Source of the DNA: Candidatus Saccharimonadota bacterium
GTDB lineage: Bacteria > Patescibacteriota > Saccharimonadia > Saccharimonadales > UBA4665
Assembly: GCA_027371825.1 (NCBI GenBank)
Contig: DAHXLE010000012.1
Coordinates: forward strand, 1,179 to 65,178
Reading direction: 5' to 3'
DNA length: 64,000 bases
Below, in pieces: positions 9,196-20,811 of this stretch. The position numbers and the translations under genes were made by a program. The notes beneath the pieces are model-generated. The model did no database searches and was not told the DNA's origin. It saw only the letters and a list, made by a program, of their open reading frames with translations. The first letter of the stretch is position 1. Each line of letters begins with the position of its first letter.

Positions 9196-10017
9196 ATGAA
9201 TCGTATAGCAAAGGGTATTCTTTTTATACCCATAGTCTGCGTTGTGTTATTGTCTGCTTCGGTAGCCTATGCTCAAGGCGTAGTTACCAGCTATGCTTCG
9301 ACTTCTACGTTGTCGATCGGTACAATCGTAGAATTACAGGACACCAAGAGAAATATAGTTGCAGCGCTGTCTCAAAAGAACGAACAGAAAATGTTCGGAG
9401 TGGTCGTAAACTCAATAGACAGTCCATTGTCACTGTCTGGTACTTCGGCGTCTAATCAGGTTTATGTTGCTACCAGCGGTGATTATAGCGTACTCGTAGA
9501 CAACCAGAACGGTCCCATTAAACAGGGTGATTATATCTCGATTTCTTCGGTTGATGGCATCGGAGCGAAAGCAGCTGTTACCGACTCAACCGTACTGGGT
9601 CGAGCCCTGTCGCCGTTTGAGGGTACGAGTGACAGTATTGGTCAAACGACGATCAATACTTCAGGGGGTGGCAAGGATAACTTGGCTATAGGCAGGATTA
9701 TCGTAAGTATCGCAGTTGGCGCTAATCCCGTACAACAGAATGTTATAATCCCGGGATTTTTGAGAAGTATAGCCCAGACGGTTTCTGCTAAACCCGTCAG
9801 TAGTTTGAGGATATATGTTAGTCTCGTAATATTGCTAGCCGATATGATCGTGGCGGGTGGGATGCTTTACGCCGGCATTAGGAGTAGTTTTATAGCGATT
9901 GGCCGCAACCCGTTATCGCAGAAAAAAATTACCAGGAGTTTAGTGGAAGTCATTTTTACTAGCCTCATTATTTTCATAATCGGGCTGATTGCGGTATATT
10001 TACTACTGAAGTTATAG
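9196..10017 (+). CDS. secreted beta-rich domain fused to an ATP-synthase c-subunit-like helical hairpin (in the atpE position)
   Basis: It begins with a signal peptide (ILFIPIVCVVLLSASVAYA/QG). About 190 aa of S/T/G/V-rich soluble domain follow. The C-terminal two-TM hairpin is ..VAGGMLYAGIRSSFIAIGRNPLSQKKITRSLVEVIFTSLIIFIIGLIAVYLLL, with a c-subunit-type R-N-P loop. It is the first gene of the atpF-H-A-G-D-C operon. Confidence 0.8.
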   Translation: MNRIAKGILFIPIVCVVLLSASVAYAQGVVTSYASTSTLSIGTIVELQDTKRNIVAALSQKNEQKMFGVVVNSIDSPLSLSGTSASNQVYVATSGDYSVLVDNQNGPIKQGDYISISSVDGIGAKAAVTDSTVLGRALSPFEGTSDSIGQTTINTSGGGKDNLAIGRIIVSIAVGANPVQQNVIIPGFLRSIAQTVSAKPVSSLRIYVSLVILLADMIVAGGMLYAGIRSSFIAIGRNPLSQKKITRSLVEVIFTSLIIFIIGLIAVYLLLKL

Positions 10018-10063
10018 CGATAACGGTACCTCAGGAACAAAATATGCTAACGGTGGGAACATA

Positions 10064-10681
10064 ATGAATACATGGTGGTTCTTGGTAATTGTAGTTTCGG
10101 TAACATTTATAGGCGGCGGCATGATCTGGGCTATGGCTAAGATCAATCGTCTGCAGATTCAAAAAGACCATTCTACGGATATAGATTCTACTACCAGAAC
10201 CGACATTGAAAGAATCTTTAACGACGAATTCAGAAGTGAATTAAAAAACCGCGGTCGTCTACATTTTGAGAAAATTATCGGTGAAAATGCCATGTTCTTA
10301 CAACAGGACCTGCGCTTAACGACCTCACAACTTAACGACTACATGAAGCAAGAAATTACCGCCAAGCTCCAGGAAGAGTTTGCCAAATACGAACAGTCCA
10401 TCATGGACGCCAAACAACTTGCCATTGACTCAATAAATAAAACGAACGCTGCGGTCGAGGAGCAGCGCAAGAGTCTGAGTACCGAGTTGCAAAAAGAGAT
10501 TGCCAACGAGAAAAGCCGCATCCTAAAGGAGTTCGAGAAAAACACGACTGCTATCATCAATCACTATTTGTTAGAGGCTATCGGGGATCAAATAGATTTA
10601 AATGATCAATTAGAATATATCCTGAGTTCAATTGAAACCAATAAGCAGGCTATTATTGAGGATATACAAGGTGGGTCCTAA
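10064..10681 (+). CDS. atpF: F-type ATPase subunit b-like (peripheral stalk)
   Basis: It has a single N-terminal TM helix (WWFLVIVVSVTFIGGGMIWAMA) followed by a long charged coiled coil. The call rests on its position between the c-like gene and the delta gene. Sequence similarity to b is weak. Confidence 0.6.
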   Translation: MNTWWFLVIVVSVTFIGGGMIWAMAKINRLQIQKDHSTDIDSTTRTDIERIFNDEFRSELKNRGRLHFEKIIGENAMFLQQDLRLTTSQLNDYMKQEITAKLQEEFAKYEQSIMDAKQLAIDSINKTNAAVEEQRKSLSTELQKEIANEKSRILKEFEKNTTAIINHYLLEAIGDQIDLNDQLEYILSSIETNKQAIIEDIQGGS

Positions 10682-11180
10682 GAAAGAAAAAACAGTTTTG
10701 AACTTACCTATGCAGGTGATTTCACCGGCAGATGTGAGCAGACTGTCCCGTGAGCTGGAATCGCTGGAGGATTTCATGGAGCAATCCGCCATTCGGACCA
10801 AGGGAGTAGGTTTAAAATTACCGGCATCTTCTAAGCTTTTAGATGAATTAGCTGCTTCTAATTCATTTAATTTTCTTCACATTCAAGACCGTAAACTAGC
10901 CAAGGAGTTTCTAGGGACACTGACTAAAACTGCGCCGGTCATCCATCTCAGTTTTGCGTCCGATCCGTCGGCAGCATTCTTATCAAAACTTGTTTCGCGG
11001 CTTAGAGACATTATTCATCCCCAGCTGTTGGTTCGCACCGGGCTAGAACCGTCGATTGCAGCCGGCTGCATACTAAGAACTAATAATCGTCAATTTGACT
11101 TTAGTCTAAGGACTACCCTGTATGCCAAGTCAGACCTGTTAATGAAGGCCCTTAAATTGAATAGCGAGGGACAAACTTGA
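10671..11180 (+). CDS. atpH: F-type ATPase subunit delta (OSCP)
   Basis: The C-terminal part LVRTGLEPSIAAGCILRTNNRQFDFSLRTTL matches the delta/OSCP C-terminal pattern (..dpsliGG..i..g...iD.S....L). The ORF is open from 10632. A GTG at 10671, preceded by GAGGA, is the more likely start. Confidence 0.7.
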   Translation: MGPKKEKTVLNLPMQVISPADVSRLSRELESLEDFMEQSAIRTKGVGLKLPASSKLLDELAASNSFNFLHIQDRKLAKEFLGTLTKTAPVIHLSFASDPSAAFLSKLVSRLRDIIHPQLLVRTGLEPSIAAGCILRTNNRQFDFSLRTTLYAKSDLLMKALKLNSEGQT

Positions 11181-12636
11181 GCGACAACAGACACTTTGAC
11201 CAGCTAGTAAACAACAATCACCCCATTGGAGAAGTTATCGGGGTGGATAAATTTCTTATAAAACTTAGCGGACTGCAGCCGGTCAATACCCATGCTCTAA
11301 TAATGTTCGAAGATGGCAGCAAAGGTTATGTCCATCATGTTTTGCCGGATTATACTCTTGTGTTTCATATGGGGCGAGTACCTATTAGGGTCGGTATGAC
11401 GGCAGTGGTACAACACGACGCATTGGTTAGTCAGGTGGGTAAAGGATTTGTTGGCAGGATAGTAACGGTTAGCGGTGAGCCGCTTGATGGCAAGGGTCCC
11501 ATAGGCGCCGACGGTGTTTGGCCGGTGTTTGCTCAGGCGCCCATGTTATATAAACGGGAACTTCTGGATACACAGCTTGAGACCGGGGTGGCCATTGTTG
11601 ACAGTCTTTTCCCGCTAGTCAAAGGACAAAGGATAGCGATATTAGGAGACAACAAGTCCGGCAAAACGACCTTAGGTCTTCAGACGGCTATAAACCAAAG
11701 AAATACCGACATGATCGTAGTCTACGTTTTGATAGCTAAACGCCGGAGTGATATTGACGATCTCGTTACTCAGATGCAGGCCAACAATTCTCTGGATAAA
11801 GCGGTCATAGTGGTCTCGACAATGTCGGACTCTTTAGTAATGAGTTTTCTTGCTCCTTATGTCGGATGCTCTATAGCGGAATATCTTTGGCAAATTGTCG
11901 GTCAAGATGTCATGGTGATCTACGATGATCTAACCAGTCACGCTCAGATTTATCGTGAGATGTCGCTTCTATCCGGGGTGAGTCCGGGACGTGATTCCTA
12001 TCCCGGAGATATGTTCTATATCCATTCCCAGTTACTGGAACGAGCGGGTAAGTTGGCGGAAAATCATAAAACACTTACTGCTTTGCCGCTTGTTCTAACT
12101 CCCGGTGGCGACATAACCGGTTTCTTGTCTACCAACCTTATGTCTATAACGGATGGGCAGTGGATACTTGATATGAAGACATTTCGTGACACAGTACGAC
12201 CGGCGCTTAGTGTGCCATTGAGTGTTACCAGAGTTGGCGGTCGAGGTCAAAATAAAAGACAAAAAGTTCAGAGTGCCCAGATACTACAAGCTCTCAGCGC
12301 TTACGCGACGGCCGAACAATACTCACATTTTGGAACCGAAATGGGCGGTAATTTACAGCGCGCCGTAGACAGAGGACATGATCTTTATGAGCTCTTTACT
12401 CAAAAGCCCGGCGAAACTTACAGCCTTCTCGCTCAACAACTGATGCTAGAGGTTTTTCTGGGACTGTCACCGGAAGAAACAATAGATATAACGGCCCTGA
12501 AGGCTAATGCGTCCGTTTATGCTGAAAAACTGGATCCTAATGACGAGAAAGGCTTTCAGGCGGTGTCCGATAAATTGAAAAGTGCGTTTCTTGTCAAGGG
12601 TAATACCAAAAAGCTAACTCCTACCAAAGGACAAGC

Positions 12637-12640
<4 letters not shown>
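11177..12640 (+). CDS. atpA: F-type ATPase subunit alpha (divergent)
   Basis: The Walker A motif is GDNKSGKTT (canonical GDRQTGKT). SPGRDSYPGDMFYIHSQLLERA matches [21 protein letters not shown]. The TTG start overlaps the delta stop as TTGA. Confidence 0.9.
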
Positions 12641-15120
<2,480 letters not shown>

Positions 15121-15124
<4 letters not shown>

Positions 15125-16146
15125 TCCACTGCTATATAGTCAAATACCAGTTGTTCCGACGGTCCGGGCGGAGATGGTGTCTCTATACTGAATCCGCTAG
15201 TGGACCGCGTAATGTAATACGGCGTAACTGCCGCGGCTGAACTTAAGGGCGTGATGACCACATCGGCCGCTGAAGTGAACGGTGTATTAAAAGTTACGTT
15301 TATAAGGGAACCGGCGCCGGGAGAAGTTCCTGTGTTGATGGTGACGGTTCCGGCTGTGTCGGAACCGCTTATAGATACGGTACCGCCTGCGCCTATGGAG
15401 CTACCGGCCACGGCGGTCGCCGAGACTCCGCCAGCTTCTATGTGATGTGTTAGTACCAAGTCGCTGTTAAGAGTTAGGCTCTGAGCACTCAGCTGGTTAA
15501 CGGACAAAGAGCCGCCGAAGCTTCCCGACCCAGAAACGCTGAGATTCTTTCCGACGTTTAACTGTCCTTGGATATTGGTGTCTCCGGAAACGGTCAGTTG
15601 GTTGGCGGCAATCTGATTGAATCCACTTGTTCCGGTAACTGTTATGCCGGGTAGATTCAAACTTCCTCCCACCTTGATTACGCCCGCTACGTTAAGATCT
15701 TGTTTCATGAGTACTTGCCCGCCGAATACCGCCGAAGCACCGACCGTCAATATTTGCGACGAACTGCCTACATTAAGATCGGTCCTCGATAATTTATCCA
15801 ATTCGCTCTGGGTAAGGTTCTGTGTGGAGATAACAGGAGCGGAGTTTTTATGGTTTAAGATAATTGCTGCAATGACTATCGCTACAGCTATAAAGAGTGT
15901 CAGCAAAAACAGCAAAAGGTATTTATTAGGGGCAGGAACCCTGATTCGGTGATGTTTGCCGGTGGGCGGCAATGGACCGACCGGAGGTGACGGAGGTTGT
16001 TGAGGTGGTGACACGGTGAGTATGGGCGACGCCATAGGAGCAGTTACGGTTGTCGGATTTTCGATAACCGTGCTTGGTGTCTCAAGTGAGGTATCAGCCT
16101 CTTCGTTGCGCTGATTTTGATTTATCGGATCCATCCCGAGTAACAT
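15121..16146 (-). CDS. type II membrane protein: Pro-rich cytoplasmic tail, TM, extracellular beta-helix-like repeats, C-terminal lectin-like domain
   Basis: The N-terminal 85 aa are Pro-rich (PPQQPPSPPVGPLPPTG). A TM helix follows (LLLFLLTLFIAVAIVIAAIIL). Degenerate repeats follow that (LNVAGVIKVGGSLNLPGITVTGTSG.., QLTVSGDTNIQGQLNVGKNLSVSGSGSFGGSLSV). The C-terminus is VTFNTPFTSAADVVITP...TSGFSI...FDYIAV. Confidence 0.8.
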
Positions 16147-16383
16147 TCTCCCAATTTGTCATTGCTGCAGTCTAACCGCCGTTCTTGCTTATAATATGAT
16201 ACTAAAGTTAAGCATAAACGTAAAATAGCAGATCTAATCAAAAAGTTTACATTTTTGTAATGACCAGACGGCTCAGACAAGGCGGTTATCCCGCGCAGCT
16301 GCTAATCAAAGCCGATAACTATCGTGTCTGTAATTGAGTGTTTTGGAGGGTGGGCCGAGTAGTCAAAAAAAGCATAAAGGCAA

Positions 16384-16412
16384 TTGTCAATTATGTTTAT
16401 CTGGGGCACAAT
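16384..16412 (+). promoter_or_regulatory. candidate sigma70-type promoter of the fibre-gene operon (leaderless or near-leaderless)
   Basis: TTGTCA lies at 16384-16389, a 17-nt spacer follows, and CACAAT lies at 16407-16412. The ATG at 16420 is only 7 nt downstream and has no SD. Confidence 0.35.
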
Positions 16413-16419
16413 ATAACTC

Positions 16420-17190
16420 ATGAAACATTGGAGGCATACCATTGGAGTCGTTATTGTTTGCGGCATACTTTTTGCGATCTCTCCCGTAAGCGTTAAAGCC
16501 GATACTTACGCCTCTCCAAATTATCAGATAAATCAGGTATTTGTCGGCAATGGCGGGTCGCTTAGCCTATCCTCGCCAAACTATTCTGCCCAGGCTTCAG
16601 TAGGAGCGCTCGGTGTCGGACACAGCTCCAGTACTAATTTTCAAGCACAAGCAGGCTATGATACTAACCGATCACCCTATCTTGAACTGGGTGTCACCAA
16701 TAGTAGTACAAGTTTGGGCACGCTAAGTAGCTCAACGACAGCTACCGCTACGGCCAAATTCCTCGTCAAGGCATATTTGGCTAATGGCTATGTGGTTCAA
16801 ACCAATAGTCCGCCTCCTTCCAGTGGCAGCCATACACTTCAACCGTTAGCTACGGCAACGGCGTCGGTGGCCGGCCAAGAGCAATTCGGCATGAACCTAG
16901 TGGCCGATACGAATCCTAGCTCACTGAGTACGACAAGTTCGAATCCTGTCCAAAATCCTGATAATACATTTAGTTTCGGAAGCGTTAACCCTGCTACCTG
17001 TGCATCGGTGAGTAGCGGCTATAATATACCCAATGAATATAAGTATGCCGAAGGTGACGTTATAGCAGCTTCTTGTTTAAGCTCCGGTGAAACAGACTAC
17101 ACGATTTCATATATATTTAACGTTAGCAATACGACCCCCGGCGGGCATTACACATTTAATGATGTCATTGTCGCCACAGCTACTTATTAG
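16420..17190 (+). CDS. secreted fibre/pilin-like protein, short paralog (P1)
   Basis: It has a signal peptide (..ISPVSVKA/DT). Three short repeats follow: SPNYQINQVFVGNGG, SPNYSAQASVGALG and STNFQAQAGYD. It shares with P2-P4 the motifs SVAGQEQFGMNLVADTNP and the C-terminal NVSNTTPGGHYTFNDVIVATATY-stop. Confidence 0.85.
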   Translation: MKHWRHTIGVVIVCGILFAISPVSVKADTYASPNYQINQVFVGNGGSLSLSSPNYSAQASVGALGVGHSSSTNFQAQAGYDTNRSPYLELGVTNSSTSLGTLSSSTTATATAKFLVKAYLANGYVVQTNSPPPSSGSHTLQPLATATASVAGQEQFGMNLVADTNPSSLSTTSSNPVQNPDNTFSFGSVNPATCASVSSGYNIPNEYKYAEGDVIAASCLSSGETDYTISYIFNVSNTTPGGHYTFNDVIVATATY

Positions 17191-17199
17191 ATACCGACT

Positions 17200-18372
17200 A
17201 TGCCTATAATCAAAACATCAAAATCCTTAATTATTTTACTAACTGTCTCTGCTGTCACGGCATGGTTTATCGGATTAACTCCTGGGTACGTACTGGCCTA
17301 CTCATTGGCCACCCCGGATTCTATTACTATGACGAGCTCTATGCCTTCTGCGGTGAACGTGTCCTATGCGGTCAGTTTTACCGCAGCAACTACGGCAACT
17401 CTCCAGGGAATAATCGTCGACTTTTGCTCAAACAGTCCGACACTCGGCGACGTGTGTGACGCCCCGGCCGGATTTTCGGTCGGGACACCGATTGTCACCA
17501 ATGAAGCAGGAATAACATCCAGCTGGTCAGCCTCCTCTCTGGACAGCGATAGGACGGTTCTACTGACTTATCCTACCGGTACGGCTATAACCTCCGGCGA
17601 GAACATATCGTTCAACGTAACTACCGTTACTAACCCGTCCGCTGCCAATACTACATACTATGCCCGGATATTAACCTATACATCTTCGACAGTAGCATCG
17701 GCTTATAGTGTCAGCAGTACCTCGTCGAGTATAGGGGATCCAACCGACGCCGGCGGCGTGGCACTTTCTACTAGTAACAGCATAAGCGTTAATTTTGTTA
17801 TACCAGAGTCACTATCTTTTTGTGTATACACCGGGGCTAACTGCGCGGCAGGGGGCAATTCAATAACTCTGGGGGACTCGCACGGCTATCTGTCGGTTAG
17901 CGGCCCGTTTGTCGACAAGTCCGTCAAATATGATATATCGACCAATGCTTCTCATGGAGCGGTTGTTGATCTGCAGGGTAATACTCTCCGTTACGGTGCC
18001 CAGTCAATCCCGGCACTTTCTACGCCGACCGCCAGTGTTGCCGGTACCTCACAGTTTGGGGTATGCACCTATACATCTGCCGGGTCAAGTCTTGTGCCCT
18101 TTGGGGATTATGATGGCAATGCAGGTAGCGGTGGGACGGCCTGCCAAAACGTCGCACAAAGCTCAGGCGGGAGCGGTCCGGGGAGCGGGGGCGGAGTTTT
18201 ATGGTACTTCAATCTAGCACAGATTTCTTCCGCATATGGTGATGAAATTGCCTCGATACCTTCAAGTACCACCAACACGGGTGTTTTGGCCATGATGGCG
18301 AATATTTCCACTACTTTGCCGAGCGGAATTTATACTACCAGTCTTGATCTGTTAGCAACGGGCACCTATTGA
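17200..18372 (+). CDS. secreted fibre/pilin-like protein, two-domain paralog (P2)
   Basis: It has a signal peptide. Its motifs include VDFCSNSPTLGDVCDAPAGFSVGTP, GGVALSTS, SLSFCVYTGANCAAGGNSITLGD and GTSQFGVCTY. The C-terminus is SGIYTTSLDLLATGTY-stop. It has three Cys pairs. Confidence 0.88.
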   Translation: MPIIKTSKSLIILLTVSAVTAWFIGLTPGYVLAYSLATPDSITMTSSMPSAVNVSYAVSFTAATTATLQGIIVDFCSNSPTLGDVCDAPAGFSVGTPIVTNEAGITSSWSASSLDSDRTVLLTYPTGTAITSGENISFNVTTVTNPSAANTTYYARILTYTSSTVASAYSVSSTSSSIGDPTDAGGVALSTSNSISVNFVIPESLSFCVYTGANCAAGGNSITLGDSHGYLSVSGPFVDKSVKYDISTNASHGAVVDLQGNTLRYGAQSIPALSTPTASVAGTSQFGVCTYTSAGSSLVPFGDYDGNAGSGGTACQNVAQSSGGSGPGSGGGVLWYFNLAQISSAYGDEIASIPSSTTNTGVLAMMANISTTLPSGIYTTSLDLLATGTY

Positions 18373-18495
18373 GTTTAGGAGGGTGTGGATAAGTGTATTG
18401 CGAGATATTAATTTTCGTATTAAACTAATGCACAGTTAGGTTTGTTTCACACATAGGTGTCATAATAGATAAAGAACTCCGAAAAAAATAAAACC

Positions 18496-19698
18496 ATGAA
18501 AATTGTTCAGCATTTTAGAAAGATAACGTACATGATAGCCTCGCTGGTGATGCTATCGGGTACGATCAGTTTCATAGGTGCTGAAGCGGTACACGCCTTT
18601 CCTCTATACGGTGAGGTGCAGTCTCGTTCGATCGAAATGAGTACATCCGTGCCGGGGGCTGCGGCCACCTATCACGTTACCTTTACCGTTGCAACTACAG
18701 CCTCGGTCGGTGGAATCGTAGTAGATTTTTGTTCCAACGATCCAATTCTCGGCGATACCTGTACTGCCCCGACGGGTTTAAGCATCGGCACACCAACGGT
18801 TAGCGGTGCCAGTACCAATCTAACAGGTACTTGGACTGCCGCAAAAATTGCCTCTAGTGCGAGTACGCTTGGATATACAACGGCTACACCGGTGGCATTA
18901 ACCGGGGGCACATCGATTGTCTATTTTGACATAACCTCAATGACTAACCCGACGACAACCGGTAGTTTGTACGCCAGGCTGTATACCTTTGATACCGCAA
19001 CCGATGCCGGCAGTTACACTGCAACCGGAGCCGATACGGGGTTGATAGACGGTGGTGGTGTTGCTCTCTCGACAAATCCAACCTTGAATGTTACGGCCAA
19101 AGTGCAGGAAGAGTTAACCTTCTGTATCGATACGAATAGTGCCGCTAACTGTTCGACCGCATCCGGCAATTCCGTGGCTTTAGGTGATAGTCATGGTGTT
19201 TTATCGAGCCAGGGGGCGTACGTAGACAAAACCACGCAATATATCGTACAAACCAATGCCAGTGTCGGTGCGGCGATCAGAATTGAGGGTAATACGCTAT
19301 CGTTTGGATCCAATCAGATTGCTGCTGCATGTTCAGGATCGTGTCCGGGGGCCACTCCGGCTACGTCGGCTGTTGGCACTTCTCAGTTTGGTCTATGCAC
19401 ATATGACTCAGCAGGTGCTGCTACCATAACGGCTGCCGCAACATACAATGGCGGGGCCGCCGGTAAATGTGCCGGTACTACTCAGACTGCCGGTACTACT
19501 ACCCCTGGCGGAGATAACGGCGCATCGTTTGGTCTGAATACGACGCTGACTAGCGGGACATATGGCGACACACTTGCTAATGTGGTAGCCGGTGCTCAGG
19601 CTACCGGCACTTTGGTGTTTCTCGGCAATATATCCGTAACCCAGCCAGCCGGAATCTATACTACTGCTCTCACGCTTGTGGCAACCGGTACATATTAA
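18496..19698 (+). CDS. secreted fibre/pilin-like protein, two-domain paralog (P3)
   Basis: It is collinear with P2. Its motifs include VDFCSNDPILGDTCTAPTGLSIGTP, GGVALSTNP, LTFCIDTNSAANC..VALGD and GTSQFGLCTY. The C-terminus is AGIYTTALTLVATGTY-stop. It is preceded by a 123-nt gap containing a CATAAT hexamer. Confidence 0.88.
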   Translation: MKIVQHFRKITYMIASLVMLSGTISFIGAEAVHAFPLYGEVQSRSIEMSTSVPGAAATYHVTFTVATTASVGGIVVDFCSNDPILGDTCTAPTGLSIGTPTVSGASTNLTGTWTAAKIASSASTLGYTTATPVALTGGTSIVYFDITSMTNPTTTGSLYARLYTFDTATDAGSYTATGADTGLIDGGGVALSTNPTLNVTAKVQEELTFCIDTNSAANCSTASGNSVALGDSHGVLSSQGAYVDKTTQYIVQTNASVGAAIRIEGNTLSFGSNQIAAACSGSCPGATPATSAVGTSQFGLCTYDSAGAATITAAATYNGGAAGKCAGTTQTAGTTTPGGDNGASFGLNTTLTSGTYGDTLANVVAGAQATGTLVFLGNISVTQPAGIYTTALTLVATGTY

Positions 19699-19710
19699 GG
19701 GACATCCTTT

Positions 19711-20787
19711 GTGCGACACGCACTACGTCGATTTTCGATAAAGTTTTTAACGGCAATTAGTCTTTTGCTGATTTCGACCGTTTCGACACTGCTGATTAAT
19801 ACTCCCGGTGTATATGCCACTACATTGTATGTATCGAATCGTACCGATGAACTATCGACCTCGACAGTGAGTGCTACGGCAACCCATATAATCTCATTTG
19901 CAATGACCGACACCACGGATCCTTTAGGTTCGATCAGACTTGAATTTTGTTCCAATGATCCGATTCCTGAAGACAGCTGTGTTGCGCCGGCAGGGTTAAA
20001 TCTATTGGGTGCATCGCTCGGGAGCCAAAGCGGCAATACGGGCTTTGTAATAGCCACCGCGACCGCGAATGAAATATTGCTGAGCAGGTCATCAGATCAG
20101 GTACCAAACAGCAGTCTTAATAGTTATCAGATAATTAATGCCATTAATCCATCATATTTAGGTACATTTTATCTTCGCCTGTATACCTATTCGTCGATCG
20201 ATGGCAGCGGTACTCAAACAGAAGAAGGGGGCATAGCCCTTAGCACAAATACCGGTGTCAATGTTACGGCCCAAGTACCCCCCTATTTGGGTTTTTGTGC
20301 CGGCGCAACAATCACCGGACATGATTGTTCTTCCGTCTCGGGGTATTACCTGAACTTCGGTGATTTCAGTAGCCTGAAGCCGTCTGTAGCTACTTCACAG
20401 TTTAGCGTAGGCACTAATGCCGGTAACGGCTATAATGTTACAATCAACGGAAGCACCCTAACTTCCGGTAATAATGTTATTCCGGCCCTTGCCAACCCAA
20501 GTCCGTCAATTGCCGGAACAAGCGAGTTTGGTATAAATTTGGTTGCCAATACTTCGCCTTTGTCGGGAAGTAATCCTGTCGGACCTTCAGATGTCGATGG
20601 TCGGGTAATGCCGCCCTACAATGTACCCAACGAGTTTTTGTTTAATACCGGGGGTGTAGTCGTCAGTTCAATAACCAGTAGCAACTATCAAATATTTACC
20701 ACCACCTACCTCGCCAATGTTAGTAATAGCCAGGCTGCAGGAGTTTATACCTCGACCATAACTTATGTTTGCCTAGCTAATTTTTAA
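19711..20787 (+). CDS. secreted fibre/pilin-like protein, two-domain paralog (P4)
   Basis: It starts at a GTG after AAGGGA. Its motifs include LEFCSNDPIPEDSCVAPAGLNLLG, GGIALSTNTGVNVTAQV, LGFCAGATITGHDC..YYLNFGD and GTSEFGINLVANTSP. It shares YNVPNEF with P1. The C-terminus is AGVYTSTITYVCLANF-stop. Confidence 0.88.
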   Translation: MRHALRRFSIKFLTAISLLLISTVSTLLINTPGVYATTLYVSNRTDELSTSTVSATATHIISFAMTDTTDPLGSIRLEFCSNDPIPEDSCVAPAGLNLLGASLGSQSGNTGFVIATATANEILLSRSSDQVPNSSLNSYQIINAINPSYLGTFYLRLYTYSSIDGSGTQTEEGGIALSTNTGVNVTAQVPPYLGFCAGATITGHDCSSVSGYYLNFGDFSSLKPSVATSQFSVGTNAGNGYNVTINGSTLTSGNNVIPALANPSPSIAGTSEFGINLVANTSPLSGSNPVGPSDVDGRVMPPYNVPNEFLFNTGGVVVSSITSSNYQIFTTTYLANVSNSQAAGVYTSTITYVCLANF

Positions 20788-20811
20788 TGAGATAGTGTTA
20801 TAATAACGCAT

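Noticed and set aside
17262-18311. ORFs 17262..17459, 17909..18217 (+) and 18108..18311 (-) overlapping fibre gene P2
   Set aside because: These are alternate-frame products of a G/C-rich, repeat-like coding region. The P2 frame is validated by collinear motifs shared with P3 and P4.
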